A stretch of 64,000 nt of DNA from an uncultured Actinomycetes bacterium (GCA_963760655.1 CAVXDR010000002.1:113944-177943); one strand, 5' to 3'; shown: positions 49,967 through 59,877, counted from the stretch's first letter. Translations and numbers: made by a program. Notes: generated from the sequence alone by a model not told the origin.

Positions 49967-51064
49967 ATGGCGGTCCCGTTCGTGTACGTGCGCGCTCGCG
50001 GGTCGTACCGCGAGATCGGCCGCCAGATCGGCGAGGCCGCCCGGCCCCAGATCGAAGCGTCGCTGGCCTTCTACCGCGAGCAGTTTTCGGCGATGAGCGG
50101 CGGGCTGTCGTTCGCCGAGGCCGAGCGGCAGTGCGCCGCCTATCTGCGCCAGGCGCGGGCCTGGCTGCCCCAGTACGTCGAGGAGCTCGAGGGCATGGCC
50201 GAGGGCTCGGGCCGCCCCTTCATGGAGCTCTTCGTGCCGAACTGCGCCGAGGAGCTCACCTCGGGCGAGCCGGTCGAGGGCCTTGCGGCGCCGCTGCCGG
50301 CCGCGGCCGGCCAGGGCGACCACTGCACGGCCGTGGCCGTGAGCGCGAACGGGCGGCACGTCGTGGGCCACAACATGGACTGGTACGTGGTCGACGTCGA
50401 GAACAACGCCCTGTTCGACGTGACGACGCCCGACGGCACGCGCTTTCTGACGATCGCCGGCGTGCCCTACCTGCCGATGCTCGGCATGAACTCGCACGGC
50501 GTCGGCAACGTGAGCAACTCGCTGCACTCGAACGACAACCGCGTGGGGGTGCCCAACGCCTTCGTGCGGCGCTGGTCCATAGAGGCGCCGACGGTCGACG
50601 AGGCGCGGGCGCGCGGCACGCTCGGCGCCCGCGCCCGGGGCACCAACCAGCTCTTCGCCGACACTCACGGTCGCCTCGAGGACGTCGAGTCATCGGCCAC
50701 CGCTTTCGCGGTGGCCGCCGGCGAGTCGTACCTGGCCCACACCAACCACTACGACCTGGCCGAGATGGCCCGCTACGAGGCCGTGCACCACGACGAGACC
50801 CGCACCCGCCTGGCGACCGCCCGCCGCATCCTGGCCGAGGGGGTGGCGAGCGGCGACGACCCGATCGAGCTCGTGGCCCGCGTGCTGCGCTGCCACGAGC
50901 CCGGGCCCGAGGCGGCCATCTGCGGCCATCCCGACACGAGCGAGCCGCTCGCCGAGCAGGGCCAGACCGTGGGCAGCATGATCTGCGACCTGGACGAGCG
51001 CCGCTTGTACGCCTGCGCGGGTCCGCCCTGCGAGAATCCGTACCACGCCTTCGAGATGGACTGA
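49967..51064 (+). CDS. C45-family Ntn-hydrolase (acyl-CoA:6-APA acyltransferase-like peptidase)
   Basis: ATG at 49967 after GAAAGGAG. The candidate nucleophile lies in 'GDHCTAVAV', with 'VGHNMDW' downstream. Confidence 0.75.
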   Translation: MAVPFVYVRARGSYREIGRQIGEAARPQIEASLAFYREQFSAMSGGLSFAEAERQCAAYLRQARAWLPQYVEELEGMAEGSGRPFMELFVPNCAEELTSGEPVEGLAAPLPAAAGQGDHCTAVAVSANGRHVVGHNMDWYVVDVENNALFDVTTPDGTRFLTIAGVPYLPMLGMNSHGVGNVSNSLHSNDNRVGVPNAFVRRWSIEAPTVDEARARGTLGARARGTNQLFADTHGRLEDVESSATAFAVAAGESYLAHTNHYDLAEMARYEAVHHDETRTRLATARRILAEGVASGDDPIELVARVLRCHEPGPEAAICGHPDTSEPLAEQGQTVGSMICDLDERRLYACAGPPCENPYHAFEMD

Positions 51065-51196
51065 GCGCACGACCTGCCGGGCAGGGACGCCGGCCCGCTG
51101 CGCGAACGTAGCCTCGAGCGGTGCCCGCGCCGTGACGGCGCCGGATCGCGCCGCGTCGGACCGCTGTGCCGTCGTCGTGTGCCAAGGGAGGCTGTC

Positions 51197-51538
51197 GTGG
51201 ACTACGCATGGACTTCGACCACGTTCGAGATGCCGGGTTGCCATGTGGTGCGCAACCTGGGCGTGGTGCGGGGGGTGACCGTGCGCGCGGCGAACATCGG
51301 CCAGAACATCGTGGCCGGCCTGCGCTCGATCGCCGGGGGACGCATCGACGAATACGTCAACATGTGCGAGCAGACCCGCGCCGAGGCCTTCGCCATCATG
51401 GTGGCGCACGCCGATCAGACGGGCGCCAACGCCATCCTCGGCGTGCGGTACGACGCCACCGAGCTCGCCCAGAACATGACCGAGGTCATCTGTTACGGCA
51501 CCGCGGTCGTGGTCGAGGCGAACGCGCCGGCCGGCTGA
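51197..51538 (+). CDS. ybjQ: YbjQ/UPF0145 family protein
   Basis: The GTG at 51197 lies 5 nt after GGGAGG. 'GVVRGVTVRAAN', 'IAGGRIDEY', 'GANAILGVRYD', 'YGTAVVV'. Confidence 0.85.
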   Translation: MDYAWTSTTFEMPGCHVVRNLGVVRGVTVRAANIGQNIVAGLRSIAGGRIDEYVNMCEQTRAEAFAIMVAHADQTGANAILGVRYDATELAQNMTEVICYGTAVVVEANAPAG

Positions 51539-51722
51539 GCCGCTGGCGGCCCACCGCGCGGCCGCATCCGGCGTCGGGACGGCCCGCCGACGCCTCGGCT
51601 GGCTCCCCGGCCTCATCGACGCCTTGGACAAACTGGGCGCCCCCCTGGCCTTGTACTTGGACAGAAGGTAGAATGAGTGTCGACACACTGCGATGGCATG
51701 TGCGCGGAGGGGGCCGATCGAC

Positions 51723-53384
51723 ATGATCACCGTTCAGGACATCCTCGAGATCCCGGGGCTCAACCTCAAGCTGTGCGCCGGCAAGAAGGCGGTGAGCAAC
51801 CCGGTGCGCTGGGTGCACATCACCGAGATGTCCGACCCCACGCGCTGGCTCAAGGGCGGCGAGCTCTTGCTCACGACCGGCCTCGCGCTGGTCGGCCGCG
51901 AGGCCGAGCAGCTCACCATGCTGCAGCGGCTGATCGACGCCAACCTGTCGGGCCTCGGCTTCGGCGTCGGCTTCGGCTTCAAGACCGTGCCCGAGGCCAT
52001 GGTCGAGCTCGCCGAGCGCCACGACTTTCCGCTGTTCGAGGTGCCCTACAACGTGCCGTTCATCGCGATCACCGAGGCCGTGGCCTCGAAGATCGTGAAC
52101 GAGCAGTACTCGCTCCTGCAGCGCTCGCTCGCCGTGCACGAGAAGCTCACCAAGATCGTGCTCGAAGAAAAGGGCCTGCAGTTCATCATCTCGACGCTGT
52201 CGGCGCTGGTGGGCTGCTCGGCCGTGCTGTTCGACTTCCACGGTCTCGTGCTCTGCGAGGCGGCCCACCGGCGCCGCATCCCGGCCGAGCTGATCGCCGA
52301 CCTCTGGAAGGAGATCTCCGACAAGCGCGCCTCGCGCCAGGACTTCGCGATCGAGCTGCCGCACGGCGGCGGCGGGGTCGCCCAGGTCTACCCGGTGGTC
52401 GCCTCGCACCGCATCGGGGCGTTCCTCGCGGTCATCAAGGACGGCGGCGAGTTCTCTGACTACGACCGCATCATCCTGCACCACGTGGTCACCGTGACGG
52501 CGCTCGAGCTGGTCAAGAAGAAGGCCGTCGCCGAGACCGAGAAGCGCCTCGCCGGCGACTTCTTCGACGAGCTCATCGCAAGCGATCTGTACGAAGAGGA
52601 GATCGCCCGCCGCCTCGCCTTCTTCGGCCTCGAGCCCGGCGCCGAGCAGCTCATCATGCTGGTCGACGTCGACGGCTTCAAGGCCTTCGCCGACGGCGCT
52701 CGCGACCGCGAGGAGACGGTGCAGGACGTCAAGGAACGTCTGCACTGGGCGGTCGACGAGTTCCTTGCCCAGCGCGAGCTGCTGTTCATCTCGGCCTCGC
52801 ACAGCGACTCGGTGATCGTCCTGCTGCAGCTCGGCGAGCGCAGCGCCCACGACATACTGGCGCTCACCGGCGAGCTGCAGACGGCGATCTCGGGCCTGAT
52901 CCCCGAGGTCACCGTGTCGATCGGCATCGGCCGGCCGCACCACCTGCTGGTCGACCTGCGGCAGAGCTACTACGAGGCTCTCTACGCGATCCAGATCCGC
53001 AAGCTCAAGGGCGGCACGAGCGTGATCGCGAGCTTCGACGACCTGGGCTCCTACGGCCTGCTGCTGGGCCTGCAGGACACGGTGTCGCTCGAGGTCTTCT
53101 ACGACAGCGTGCTCGGCAAGCTGCACGAGTACGACGAGCAGAACGCGAGCGACCTGGTCAAGAGCCTGGCCTGCTTCCTCGAGGCCAACGGCCACTGGGG
53201 CGAGGCGGCCGAGCGCCTCTACGTGCACCGTCATACGCTGCGCTACCGCATGAAGCGCGTCGAGGAGATCACGGGCCGCGACCTGGGCAGCTCTCAGGAC
53301 CGCATGGAGTTCTGGCTCGCCCTCAAGGCGCGCGAGCTGATCGCCCAGTCGGGCAAGCGGCCGCGCCCGGTGCGCGTGGGGTAG
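51723..53384 (+). CDS. PucR/CdaR-family transcriptional regulator
   Basis: The N-terminal 'ITVQDILEIPGLNLKLCAG' (PucR N-domain) and the C-terminal HTH 'LYVHRHTLRYRMKRVEEITG'. A TAGAAT -10 candidate lies at 51668-51673. Confidence 0.85.
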   Translation: MITVQDILEIPGLNLKLCAGKKAVSNPVRWVHITEMSDPTRWLKGGELLLTTGLALVGREAEQLTMLQRLIDANLSGLGFGVGFGFKTVPEAMVELAERHDFPLFEVPYNVPFIAITEAVASKIVNEQYSLLQRSLAVHEKLTKIVLEEKGLQFIISTLSALVGCSAVLFDFHGLVLCEAAHRRRIPAELIADLWKEISDKRASRQDFAIELPHGGGGVAQVYPVVASHRIGAFLAVIKDGGEFSDYDRIILHHVVTVTALELVKKKAVAETEKRLAGDFFDELIASDLYEEEIARRLAFFGLEPGAEQLIMLVDVDGFKAFADGARDREETVQDVKERLHWAVDEFLAQRELLFISASHSDSVIVLLQLGERSAHDILALTGELQTAISGLIPEVTVSIGIGRPHHLLVDLRQSYYEALYAIQIRKLKGGTSVIASFDDLGSYGLLLGLQDTVSLEVFYDSVLGKLHEYDEQNASDLVKSLACFLEANGHWGEAAERLYVHRHTLRYRMKRVEEITGRDLGSSQDRMEFWLALKARELIAQSGKRPRPVRVG

Positions 53385-53457
53385 AGCAAGGCCGCCGTCC
53401 GGCGCGCGCGAGCCGCCGGCGCCGGCCGTTCGCGGCGACCGTGAGCGTCGCCCGTGC

Positions 53458-54228
53458 CTAGAGCGACGCGCCGCCGTCGACCGGCAGGTCGACGCCGGTC
53501 AGCGCGTCGCACGCGATGGCAAAGCGCACCACCTCGGCCACCTCGGCCGGTGTCACCGGGCGCCCCAGCGGGGCGTGCTGGGCCGCGCGCAGCGTGGCGT
53601 CGGCGCGAGGGTCGTCGCTGAGCGCGGTGGGGCCGGGGGCGACGCCGCAGACGCGCACGCCGTCGGCGCCCCAGGCGCGGGCGAGCGACGCCACCAGCAT
53701 GATCTGCGCCGCCTTGGCGGCGCCATGAGCGGCGAACGCCGTCGAGGGCTGCCGGCCGAGCACGTCGGTCAGGGCGACGATGACGCCGCGCGTGGCGCCG
53801 GGGGCGGCCGGCACGGCCGCGCCCGGCGCCTGCGCCACGAAGCGCTCGCGTGCCGCCCGGGCGGCCACGAAGAAGCCGCGCACGATCACGTCGAACGACG
53901 CCTGCCAGTCGCCGAGGTCGGCGTCGTGGGGCGGCGCCGGCCGGAACGGGCCGCTCGCCGCATAGACGAGCGCGTCGAGGCCGCCGAGCGCGTCGGCCGC
54001 CCTGGCCACGAGCGATTCTGCGCCGGCCGGCGTGCCGGGGTCGCCGGCGACCGCCGCGGCGCGCCGTCCCGCGGCGCGGATCTCGGCGCAGGTGGCGTCG
54101 GCCTCGGCGAGCGCCGCCCGAGTGCTGACGGCGAGGTCGGCGCCATGGGCCGCCAGGTCGAGCGCGATCACGCGCCCGAGGCGGCGCGCGCCGCCGATCA
54201 CCAGACATCGCGCTCCGTGCAGCTCCAC
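53458..54228 (-). CDS. SDR-family oxidoreductase (atypical active site)
   Basis: GTG at 54228. The Rossmann motif 'VIGGARRLG'. The position expected for YxxxK reads 'HGAAK'. Confidence 0.75.
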   Translation of the reverse strand: MELHGARCLVIGGARRLGRVIALDLAAHGADLAVSTRAALAEADATCAEIRAAGRRAAAVAGDPGTPAGAESLVARAADALGGLDALVYAASGPFRPAPPHDADLGDWQASFDVIVRGFFVAARAARERFVAQAPGAAVPAAPGATRGVIVALTDVLGRQPSTAFAAHGAAKAAQIMLVASLARAWGADGVRVCGVAPGPTALSDDPRADATLRAAQHAPLGRPVTPAEVAEVVRFAIACDALTGVDLPVDGGASL

Positions 54229-54358
54229 GCCCTTGCACCGCCCGTCCCGGGGCCACGACGAGCCCCGTCCGCTTTCTACCGTCGCGCCAGTATGATACAC
54301 AGCAGATCACTGCCCGGCGGCTGCGAACGACCCGCCGGCCGCCGGCCTGGGGGGGACC

Positions 54359-54850
54359 ATGAGACGCGGACTCGACCTGCTCGACAAGGCGCTGATCGGC
54401 ACGCTGTGCGAAGACGGCCGCCTGGCGGCCTCCGACATCGCAGCACGCCTGCGCATCTCGACGCCGACGGTGCGCGGCCGGCTGCGTCACCTGCTCGCCC
54501 GCCGCGTCCTGCGCGTCGCGGCCATGGTCGACGCCTCCGAGATGCCGGAGCTCACCGTCGCCATCGTCGGTCTCAACCTCGAGCGCTACAACCTGGACGA
54601 GATGGTCGAGCGCGTGGCCGCGCTCGACGAGGTGAGCTGGGCGGCGGTGGTCACCGGCCGCTACGACATCATCGCCCAGGTCGTGACGGCCGACGGCATG
54701 AACGGCATCTACGAGTTCCTGAACGCCTCGCTGCAGAAGCTCGGCGGCGTAGAGTCGAGCGAGGTCTTCGTCGTCATGAAGGCCGCCGACAAATGGCTCG
54801 TCGTGCCGCCCGCGATGGCGACGGCCTGGACCCGGGCGAACGGCGCATAG
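54359..54850 (+). CDS. Lrp/AsnC family transcriptional regulator
   Basis: 163 aa. HTH 'LDKALIGTLCEDGRLAASDIAARLRISTPTVRGRL' plus an RAM/AsnC_trans_reg domain. A TATGAT -10 candidate lies upstream. Confidence 0.9.
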   Translation: MRRGLDLLDKALIGTLCEDGRLAASDIAARLRISTPTVRGRLRHLLARRVLRVAAMVDASEMPELTVAIVGLNLERYNLDEMVERVAALDEVSWAAVVTGRYDIIAQVVTADGMNGIYEFLNASLQKLGGVESSEVFVVMKAADKWLVVPPAMATAWTRANGA

Positions 54851-55038
54851 GGCTGAGCCGGCTTCACGCCCCCCTTTTTTTGACGAATCGGCAAACGCGG
54901 GCCGCTTGCGGTTTCAACATCGGAAAGAAGCGACGCGGGATTTCTGTTAGACTCCAGCGCGTCGAAGTGGCGAAAGGGATCGGCGACGTCCCTCGAGCCG
55001 CGCAACTGTCGGTGAAGCGGTAGACCAAGGAGGACGCG

Positions 55039-56160
55039 ATGATCGTCGGCGTGCCGAAGGAGATCAAGAACGAGGAGTACCGCGTTGCCATGACGCCCAA
55101 CGGCGTCAAGGACTTCGTGCGCGCGGGTCACACCGTGGTCGTCGAGGCCGGCGCCGGCGTGGGCTCGGGCTTCAGCGACGACGAGTACAAGGCGGCGGGC
55201 GCCGAGCTCGCCCCGGTCGACGACGTCTTCGCGCGCGCCGACATGATCTACAAGGTCAAGGAGCCGATCCCGGTCGAGTACGGCAAGTTCAAGCCGGGCC
55301 AGATCCTCTACACCTACCTGCACATGGCGGCCGCCTACGCCCGTCAGCTCACCGACGCCATGATCGGCGCCGACATTCGCGCGATCGCCTTCGAGACGGT
55401 CGAGACGCCGAGCCACGCCCACCCGCTCCTCTTCCCGATGAGCGAGGTCGCCGGCAAGCTCGCTATCCAGGCCGGCGCCACCGCCCTGCAGAAGAACAAC
55501 GGCGGCCGCGGCGTCCTGCTCGGCGGCGTCACCGGCGTGCCGCAGGCCAAGGTCGTCGTGATCGGCGGCGGCACCGTCGGCACCAACGCCGTCAAGGTCG
55601 CCGTCGGCATCGGCGCCCGCACGGTCGTGATCGACAAGAGCGCCGAGCGCCTCACCTACCTCGACGATATCTTCGGCGGCCACATCGAGACCGTCCTCTC
55701 CACCGAGTCGGCGATCGAGGCCGAGGTCATGGACGCCGACCTCGTCGTCGGCGGCGTCCTGCTGCCGGGCGGCGCCCAGGCTCCGCACCTGGTCAAGAAG
55801 GCCTGGCTCAAGGACATGCTGCCGGGTTCGGTGCTCGTCGACGTCGCCATCGACCAGGGCGGCTGCTTCGAGACCTCCAAGCCCACCACCCACACCGAGC
55901 CGACCTACGTGGTCGACGGCGTCATCCACTACTGCGTCGCCAACATGCCCGGTGCCGTCGCCCGTACGTCGACGATGGCTCTCGCCGGCGCCACTCTGCC
56001 GCAGGGCCTCGCCATCGCCAGCAAGGGCTTCGAGAAGGCCGTCGCCGACGACGCGTCGCTCGCGCTCGGCGTCAACGTCTACCGTGGCAAGCTCACCATC
56101 CCGTCGGTCGCCGAGGCTCACGGCCTCAAGTACACGCCGCTGGCCGACGCCCTCAACTAG
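55039..56160 (+). CDS. ald: alanine dehydrogenase
   Basis: 373 aa. 'MIVGVPKEIKNEEYRVAMTP' and 'VIGGGTVGTNA'. AAGGAGG RBS. Confidence 0.97.
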   Translation: MIVGVPKEIKNEEYRVAMTPNGVKDFVRAGHTVVVEAGAGVGSGFSDDEYKAAGAELAPVDDVFARADMIYKVKEPIPVEYGKFKPGQILYTYLHMAAAYARQLTDAMIGADIRAIAFETVETPSHAHPLLFPMSEVAGKLAIQAGATALQKNNGGRGVLLGGVTGVPQAKVVVIGGGTVGTNAVKVAVGIGARTVVIDKSAERLTYLDDIFGGHIETVLSTESAIEAEVMDADLVVGGVLLPGGAQAPHLVKKAWLKDMLPGSVLVDVAIDQGGCFETSKPTTHTEPTYVVDGVIHYCVANMPGAVARTSTMALAGATLPQGLAIASKGFEKAVADDASLALGVNVYRGKLTIPSVAEAHGLKYTPLADALN

Positions 56161-56185
56161 AGCGCCTTCGATCCGAGCACGTCGC

Positions 56186-56221
56186 AAAGCGGGCCGGGCT
56201 CCCTGGAGCCCGGCCCGCTTT
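56186..56221. terminator. bidirectional terminator
   Basis: Perfect 17-nt arms AAAGCGGGCCGGGCTCC/GGAGCCCGGCCCGCTTT, with A-runs and T-runs on both sides. It lies between convergent genes. Confidence 0.7.
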
Positions 56222-56261
56222 GCCCTTCAGAGATTCGTCGGTCGGGGCGCCGGAGCGGCGG

Positions 56262-56582
56262 TCAGGTGAGGTAGCGGCGCAGGCGCAGCCAGGGCGCCGA
56301 GGCGGTGCGCAGAGCCTCGGAGAGCACGCCGGCGCGCGTGACGGTGCGCTGCAGCTCGGTGAGGCGCTCGCTCAGGTCCTGACCCCTGTCGCCCAGGGCG
56401 GCTGCCCTGGTCGCGGCCGCGTCGGCGCGCCGAGCGAGCCCCTCGACCAGGGGCAGGAGCTCGCGCTGGGCGCGTCGCCCGGTGCGGTAGAGCCGCAGCG
56501 CATGCAGCCCGAGCGGGACGCACGTGGTGAGCGTGCCGACCACGACGAGGACGAGCAGACCGAGGAGGATCCAGCCGTTCAT
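56262..56582 (-). CDS. small membrane-anchored hypothetical protein
   Basis: 106 aa. The N-terminal TM 'WILLGLLVLVVVGTL' is followed by an Arg/Ala helical region. Confidence 0.5.
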   Translation of the reverse strand: MNGWILLGLLVLVVVGTLTTCVPLGLHALRLYRTGRRAQRELLPLVEGLARRADAAATRAAALGDRGQDLSERLTELQRTVTRAGVLSEALRTASAPWLRLRRYLT

Positions 56583-56589
56583 GACCGAC

Positions 56590-56595
56590 AGTCTA
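56590..56595 (-). promoter_or_regulatory. -10 element (TAGACT) placing the TSS at the start codon (leaderless)
   Basis: The minus strand reads TAGACT-gtcggtc-ATG, with a 7-nt gap and no RBS. Confidence 0.35.
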
Positions 56596-56626
56596 CCCCG
56601 GGCCGTGGCGGCGGGGTACCGCGCCG

Positions 56627-57760
56627 TCAGGGCAGGCGGAGCGCGTAGCGCCGGCAGGCGGTGGGCGTCTCGAAGTCGGACAGGCGGCTCACCTTGACCA
56701 CGTCGCCGGTGTGGGGCGCCTGCACGACGAGGCCGTTGCCGGCGTAGATCACCACGTGGTGGATGGGGTCGCCGAAGAACACGAGGTCGGCCGGCTCGAG
56801 CTGCGATTCAGGCACCGGTGTGCCCATCTGGGCCTGCCAGGCGGCGAAGTGGGGGAACTGGACGCCGTACTTCGCGTAGACGTAGAGCACGAGGCCCGAG
56901 CAGTCGAAGCCGCTGGGGCTCGCTCCGCCCCACACGTAAGGCACCCCCAGAAAGCGCAGCGCGTCGCGCACGACGCTGATCTGCGCCTGGGTGCCGGCGA
57001 TGGTGCCGAGCTGGGCGAGCGCGATGCGGGCCAGATGGCCCGATGCTCGGGCAGCCGCGCGGGCGCGCTGGTCGAGGATGGTGCGGATGCGGCCGTTCAG
57101 GCCGTCGAGGATGGCCTGGCGCTGGGCCAGCCGGTCGCTGATGATGAGCCGCTCGGCGTCGACCTTCTGCTGGGCGGCCATCGCCTTGTCGCGCTGGGCG
57201 GCCAGCGTCTTCTCGAGCTGATCGACGCGCTGCACGCTCGTGAGGAAGCCGGTTTGCAGCGCCCGGTCCTGCTGGTTCAGGCGACGGAACAGCTCGAGCC
57301 GGGCGCCGGCGCTGTTCAGGCTGCCGCCGTTCAGCAGCTCGTCGAGCAGCCCGTAGTCGCCGAGCTTGTACATCCAGGCGAGGTGGGCGCCGAGGACGGC
57401 CTGCTGCTGGCTGAGCTGGTCCTGGGCCTGGGAGAGCTGCAGCCGCACGTCGCCGAGCTGCGCCTCGACCGCCTCGAGCTGCGACTCGGCGGCGTCCCAG
57501 TCTTCGACCACGACCTCGAGCCGGTCGTCGAGAGCCGCCACCTGGCGCTGCACCTTGTCGGCGGCCTGCTCGAGCTGCGGCAGGGTGGCCGGCTTGCTGG
57601 CGACGATCACGTTGGGGCTCGCCGCCGCCCGCGGGGTCGCACCCGGCAGGGCCAGGCAGCCGCAGGCGGCCACGACGAGCGCCACGAGCGCCACCGCCCA
57701 GAGACCCGGGCGGCGCCCGCGAGGCACGGTGATGGCGGAGGGCGCGAGCGATAGGGTCAT
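56627..57760 (-). CDS. NlpC/P60 peptidoglycan endopeptidase with N-terminal coiled-coil (RipA/CwlO-like)
   Basis: A signal/TM segment, a long Gln/Ala/Leu coiled-coil, and the C-terminal 'YVWGGASPSGFDCSGLVLYVY...HHVVIYAG'. Confidence 0.9.
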   Translation of the reverse strand: MTLSLAPSAITVPRGRRPGLWAVALVALVVAACGCLALPGATPRAAASPNVIVASKPATLPQLEQAADKVQRQVAALDDRLEVVVEDWDAAESQLEAVEAQLGDVRLQLSQAQDQLSQQQAVLGAHLAWMYKLGDYGLLDELLNGGSLNSAGARLELFRRLNQQDRALQTGFLTSVQRVDQLEKTLAAQRDKAMAAQQKVDAERLIISDRLAQRQAILDGLNGRIRTILDQRARAAARASGHLARIALAQLGTIAGTQAQISVVRDALRFLGVPYVWGGASPSGFDCSGLVLYVYAKYGVQFPHFAAWQAQMGTPVPESQLEPADLVFFGDPIHHVVIYAGNGLVVQAPHTGDVVKVSRLSDFETPTACRRYALRLP

Positions 57761-57856
57761 GCTGTCTCTATCGGCCGCTCCGCCGGGGCCTTTACAGCAT
57801 CAGCCGTCCAGCGGTATACTGCCATCCCCAGTCGGGGAACAACCCGCTGGAGACGT

Positions 57857-57933
<77 letters not shown>

Positions 57934-57942
57934 AGCCTTCCG

Positions 57943-57972
57943 GGGCGCCCGTTCGGGCGCCCTATCTTTTTT
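57943..57972 (+). terminator. rho-independent terminator after the tRNA
   Basis: GGGCGCCC-gttc-GGGCGCCC followed by 'TATCTTTTTT'. Confidence 0.75.
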
Positions 57973-58084
57973 GCGGGCGGGCGCCGCGCAACGACCGGCC
58001 GGCGGGCCGCGAAGGCCCCCGCCGAGCACGGCGACCGCGCGAAGGAGCGACAAGGGCAGGGCGACGGCGTGAAGGAGCGACGCC

Positions 58085-58432
58085 ATGGTGACCACGGTGA
58101 TCGTCAACGGCAGCCCCTACGGCAGCGAGCTGCCCTACAACGCGCTGCGTCTGGCCGCCGCGCTCCAGGTGAAGGAGCACTGGGTCGAGGTGTTCTTCCT
58201 GGGTGACGGCGTGCACACGGCGCGGCGCGGCCAGCAGCCCCGCGGCGCCCACGCCTCGCTCGAGGACATGCTCGCCGAGCTCGTCGCAAGCGGCGCCGTC
58301 GTCACGCTCTGCGGCACGTGCTGCCAGGCCCGCGGCCTGACGGCGGACGATGTGATCGACGGCGTGCACCTGGGCACGATCCACGACCTCGCCGACCTGG
58401 TCGCGCGCAGCGACCGGGTCGTCTCGTTCTAG
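58085..58432 (+). CDS. DsrE/DsrF-like family protein
   Basis: 115 aa. 'VIVNGSPYGSE..YNALRLA', 'VFFLGDGV' and 'LCGTCCQARG'. AAGGAG RBS. Confidence 0.7.
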   Translation: MVTTVIVNGSPYGSELPYNALRLAAALQVKEHWVEVFFLGDGVHTARRGQQPRGAHASLEDMLAELVASGAVVTLCGTCCQARGLTADDVIDGVHLGTIHDLADLVARSDRVVSF

Positions 58433-58443
58433 CGCAGGCGACG

Positions 58444-59877
58444 GTGGCCGGCCCCCCCACGAGCGAGCGCCGGGCGCGCGGCGACCTCGTCGCGGCGGTG
58501 CGCCGGCGGGCGGCCGACTTCGTCGCCGCCGGCGCCCTGCTGCGCCCCGGTGAGCGCGCGCTGCTCATGCTGTCGGGCGGCGCCGACTCGATGGCCCTGC
58601 TCGACGTCGTGCGCGCCGTCGACCGGCGGCTCGGGCTGGGGCTCGCCCTCTCCGCGCTGCACGTCGACTACGCGACCCGCGGCACGGCCTCGGCGCGCGA
58701 CCGCGGCATCGTGACCGACGCCTGCGCGGCGCTCGGCGTGCCGCTGCACGTCGTCCGCCTGCCGCGCAAGCCCGAGGGCCCCGATTTTCAGGAGCGCGCG
58801 CGCCGCATCCGCTACGACGCGGCCCGCGAGCTCGTGGCGCGGGGCGGAGCCGACGTGGTCGTCACGGCGCACAACCGCGACGACCAGGCCGAGACCGTGC
58901 TCTACCGCCTGGTCAAGTACGCGGCGCCGTCGGCCTTGCGCGGCATGCGGCCGCGCGACGACGGCGTCGTGCGGCCGCTGCTCGTCGTCGGTGCCGCCGA
59001 GCTGCGCGCATACTGCGCGGCGCTCGCCATCGCCTACGGCGACGACGAGAGCAATGCCGGCGTCGACTACCGGCGTAACCTGCTGCGCCACGAGGTCCTG
59101 CCGGTGCTCGCCCGGGTCAACCCGCGGGTGACCGAGGCGCTCGCCGCGGCGGCCGCGCTCGCCGAGCGCGACCACGAGGTGCTGGCCGCGGCCGCCGACG
59201 AGGCCTGGGCGCGCGTCGCCCGGCCGGCGCCGGCCGGGCCCGACGACGCGCCGTGGGCGCTCGACCTCACGGCGCTCGCGGCCGAACCGTCCGCGTTGCG
59301 CAGCCTGTGTCTGCGTCGCCTCGCGCTGAGCGCGCTCGGCGAGCACGCTCTGGTCGGCCGTCGCGTCACCGCCCGGCTCGAGGAGCTCGCCGGCTCCCTC
59401 GCCGGCTCGCGCGTCGTGCCGCTCGGCGACGGTCGCGAGGCCGTGCGCGAGTACGGTGTGCTGACCGTGCGCACGACGCGGGCGGCGCACGACTGCCGGC
59501 CGGTGGCGCTACGCCCCGGCGCCGCCGCCGCCTTCTGCGGACGGCGCTTTCGCGCCGAGCTCACTCCGGGTGCAGCCTTCGAGCGCACGACCGCCGAGGC
59601 CTGGCTTGCGGTCGAGGGGCCGGCGCCGGCGATCGTGCTGCGCCACCCGCGCGCGGGCGACCGCCTGCGGCCCTTCGGCATGCCGGCCGACGTGCTGCTC
59701 AGCGACCTCTTCACCGCGGCGCGTGTGCCGCGCGCCCGGCGCGCGGCCGCCGTGCTGGCCGAGGTGGACGGTCGGGCCGCCTGGGTGTGCCCCGGGCGGA
59801 GCTCAGAATGGTTCCGGGTGCGCGCGGACACGCCGTATACTCTTCACATCTTCGCGGAGGCAACGGAGGCGACGTGA
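58444..59877 (+). CDS. tilS: tRNA(Ile)-lysidine synthase
   Basis: GTG at 58444. The PP-loop 'LSGGADS' and 'TAHNRDDQAETVL'. Confidence 0.9.
   Translation: MAGPPTSERRARGDLVAAVRRRAADFVAAGALLRPGERALLMLSGGADSMALLDVVRAVDRRLGLGLALSALHVDYATRGTASARDRGIVTDACAALGVPLHVVRLPRKPEGPDFQERARRIRYDAARELVARGGADVVVTAHNRDDQAETVLYRLVKYAAPSALRGMRPRDDGVVRPLLVVGAAELRAYCAALAIAYGDDESNAGVDYRRNLLRHEVLPVLARVNPRVTEALAAAAALAERDHEVLAAAADEAWARVARPAPAGPDDAPWALDLTALAAEPSALRSLCLRRLALSALGEHALVGRRVTARLEELAGSLAGSRVVPLGDGREAVREYGVLTVRTTRAAHDCRPVALRPGAAAAFCGRRFRAELTPGAAFERTTAEAWLAVEGPAPAIVLRHPRAGDRLRPFGMPADVLLSDLFTAARVPRARRAAAVLAEVDGRAAWVCPGRSSEWFRVRADTPYTLHIFAEATEAT

Noticed and set aside
54851-54890. Terminator after the Lrp-family gene (T7 run at about 54877-54883)
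   Set aside because: The T-run is clear, but I could not draw a convincing preceding stem. Only the short palindrome AGCCGGCT and GGGC/GCCC pairings are present. The T-run may instead belong to the AT-rich ald promoter or Lrp-binding region.
57761-57856. c-di-AMP (ydaO-type) riboswitch upstream of the NlpC/P60 hydrolase, as is common in Actinobacteria
   Set aside because: Only about 96 nt are available, shared with the divergent tRNA promoter. I could not find the pseudo-two-fold ydaO architecture or its conserved ACGGGGA-type segments.
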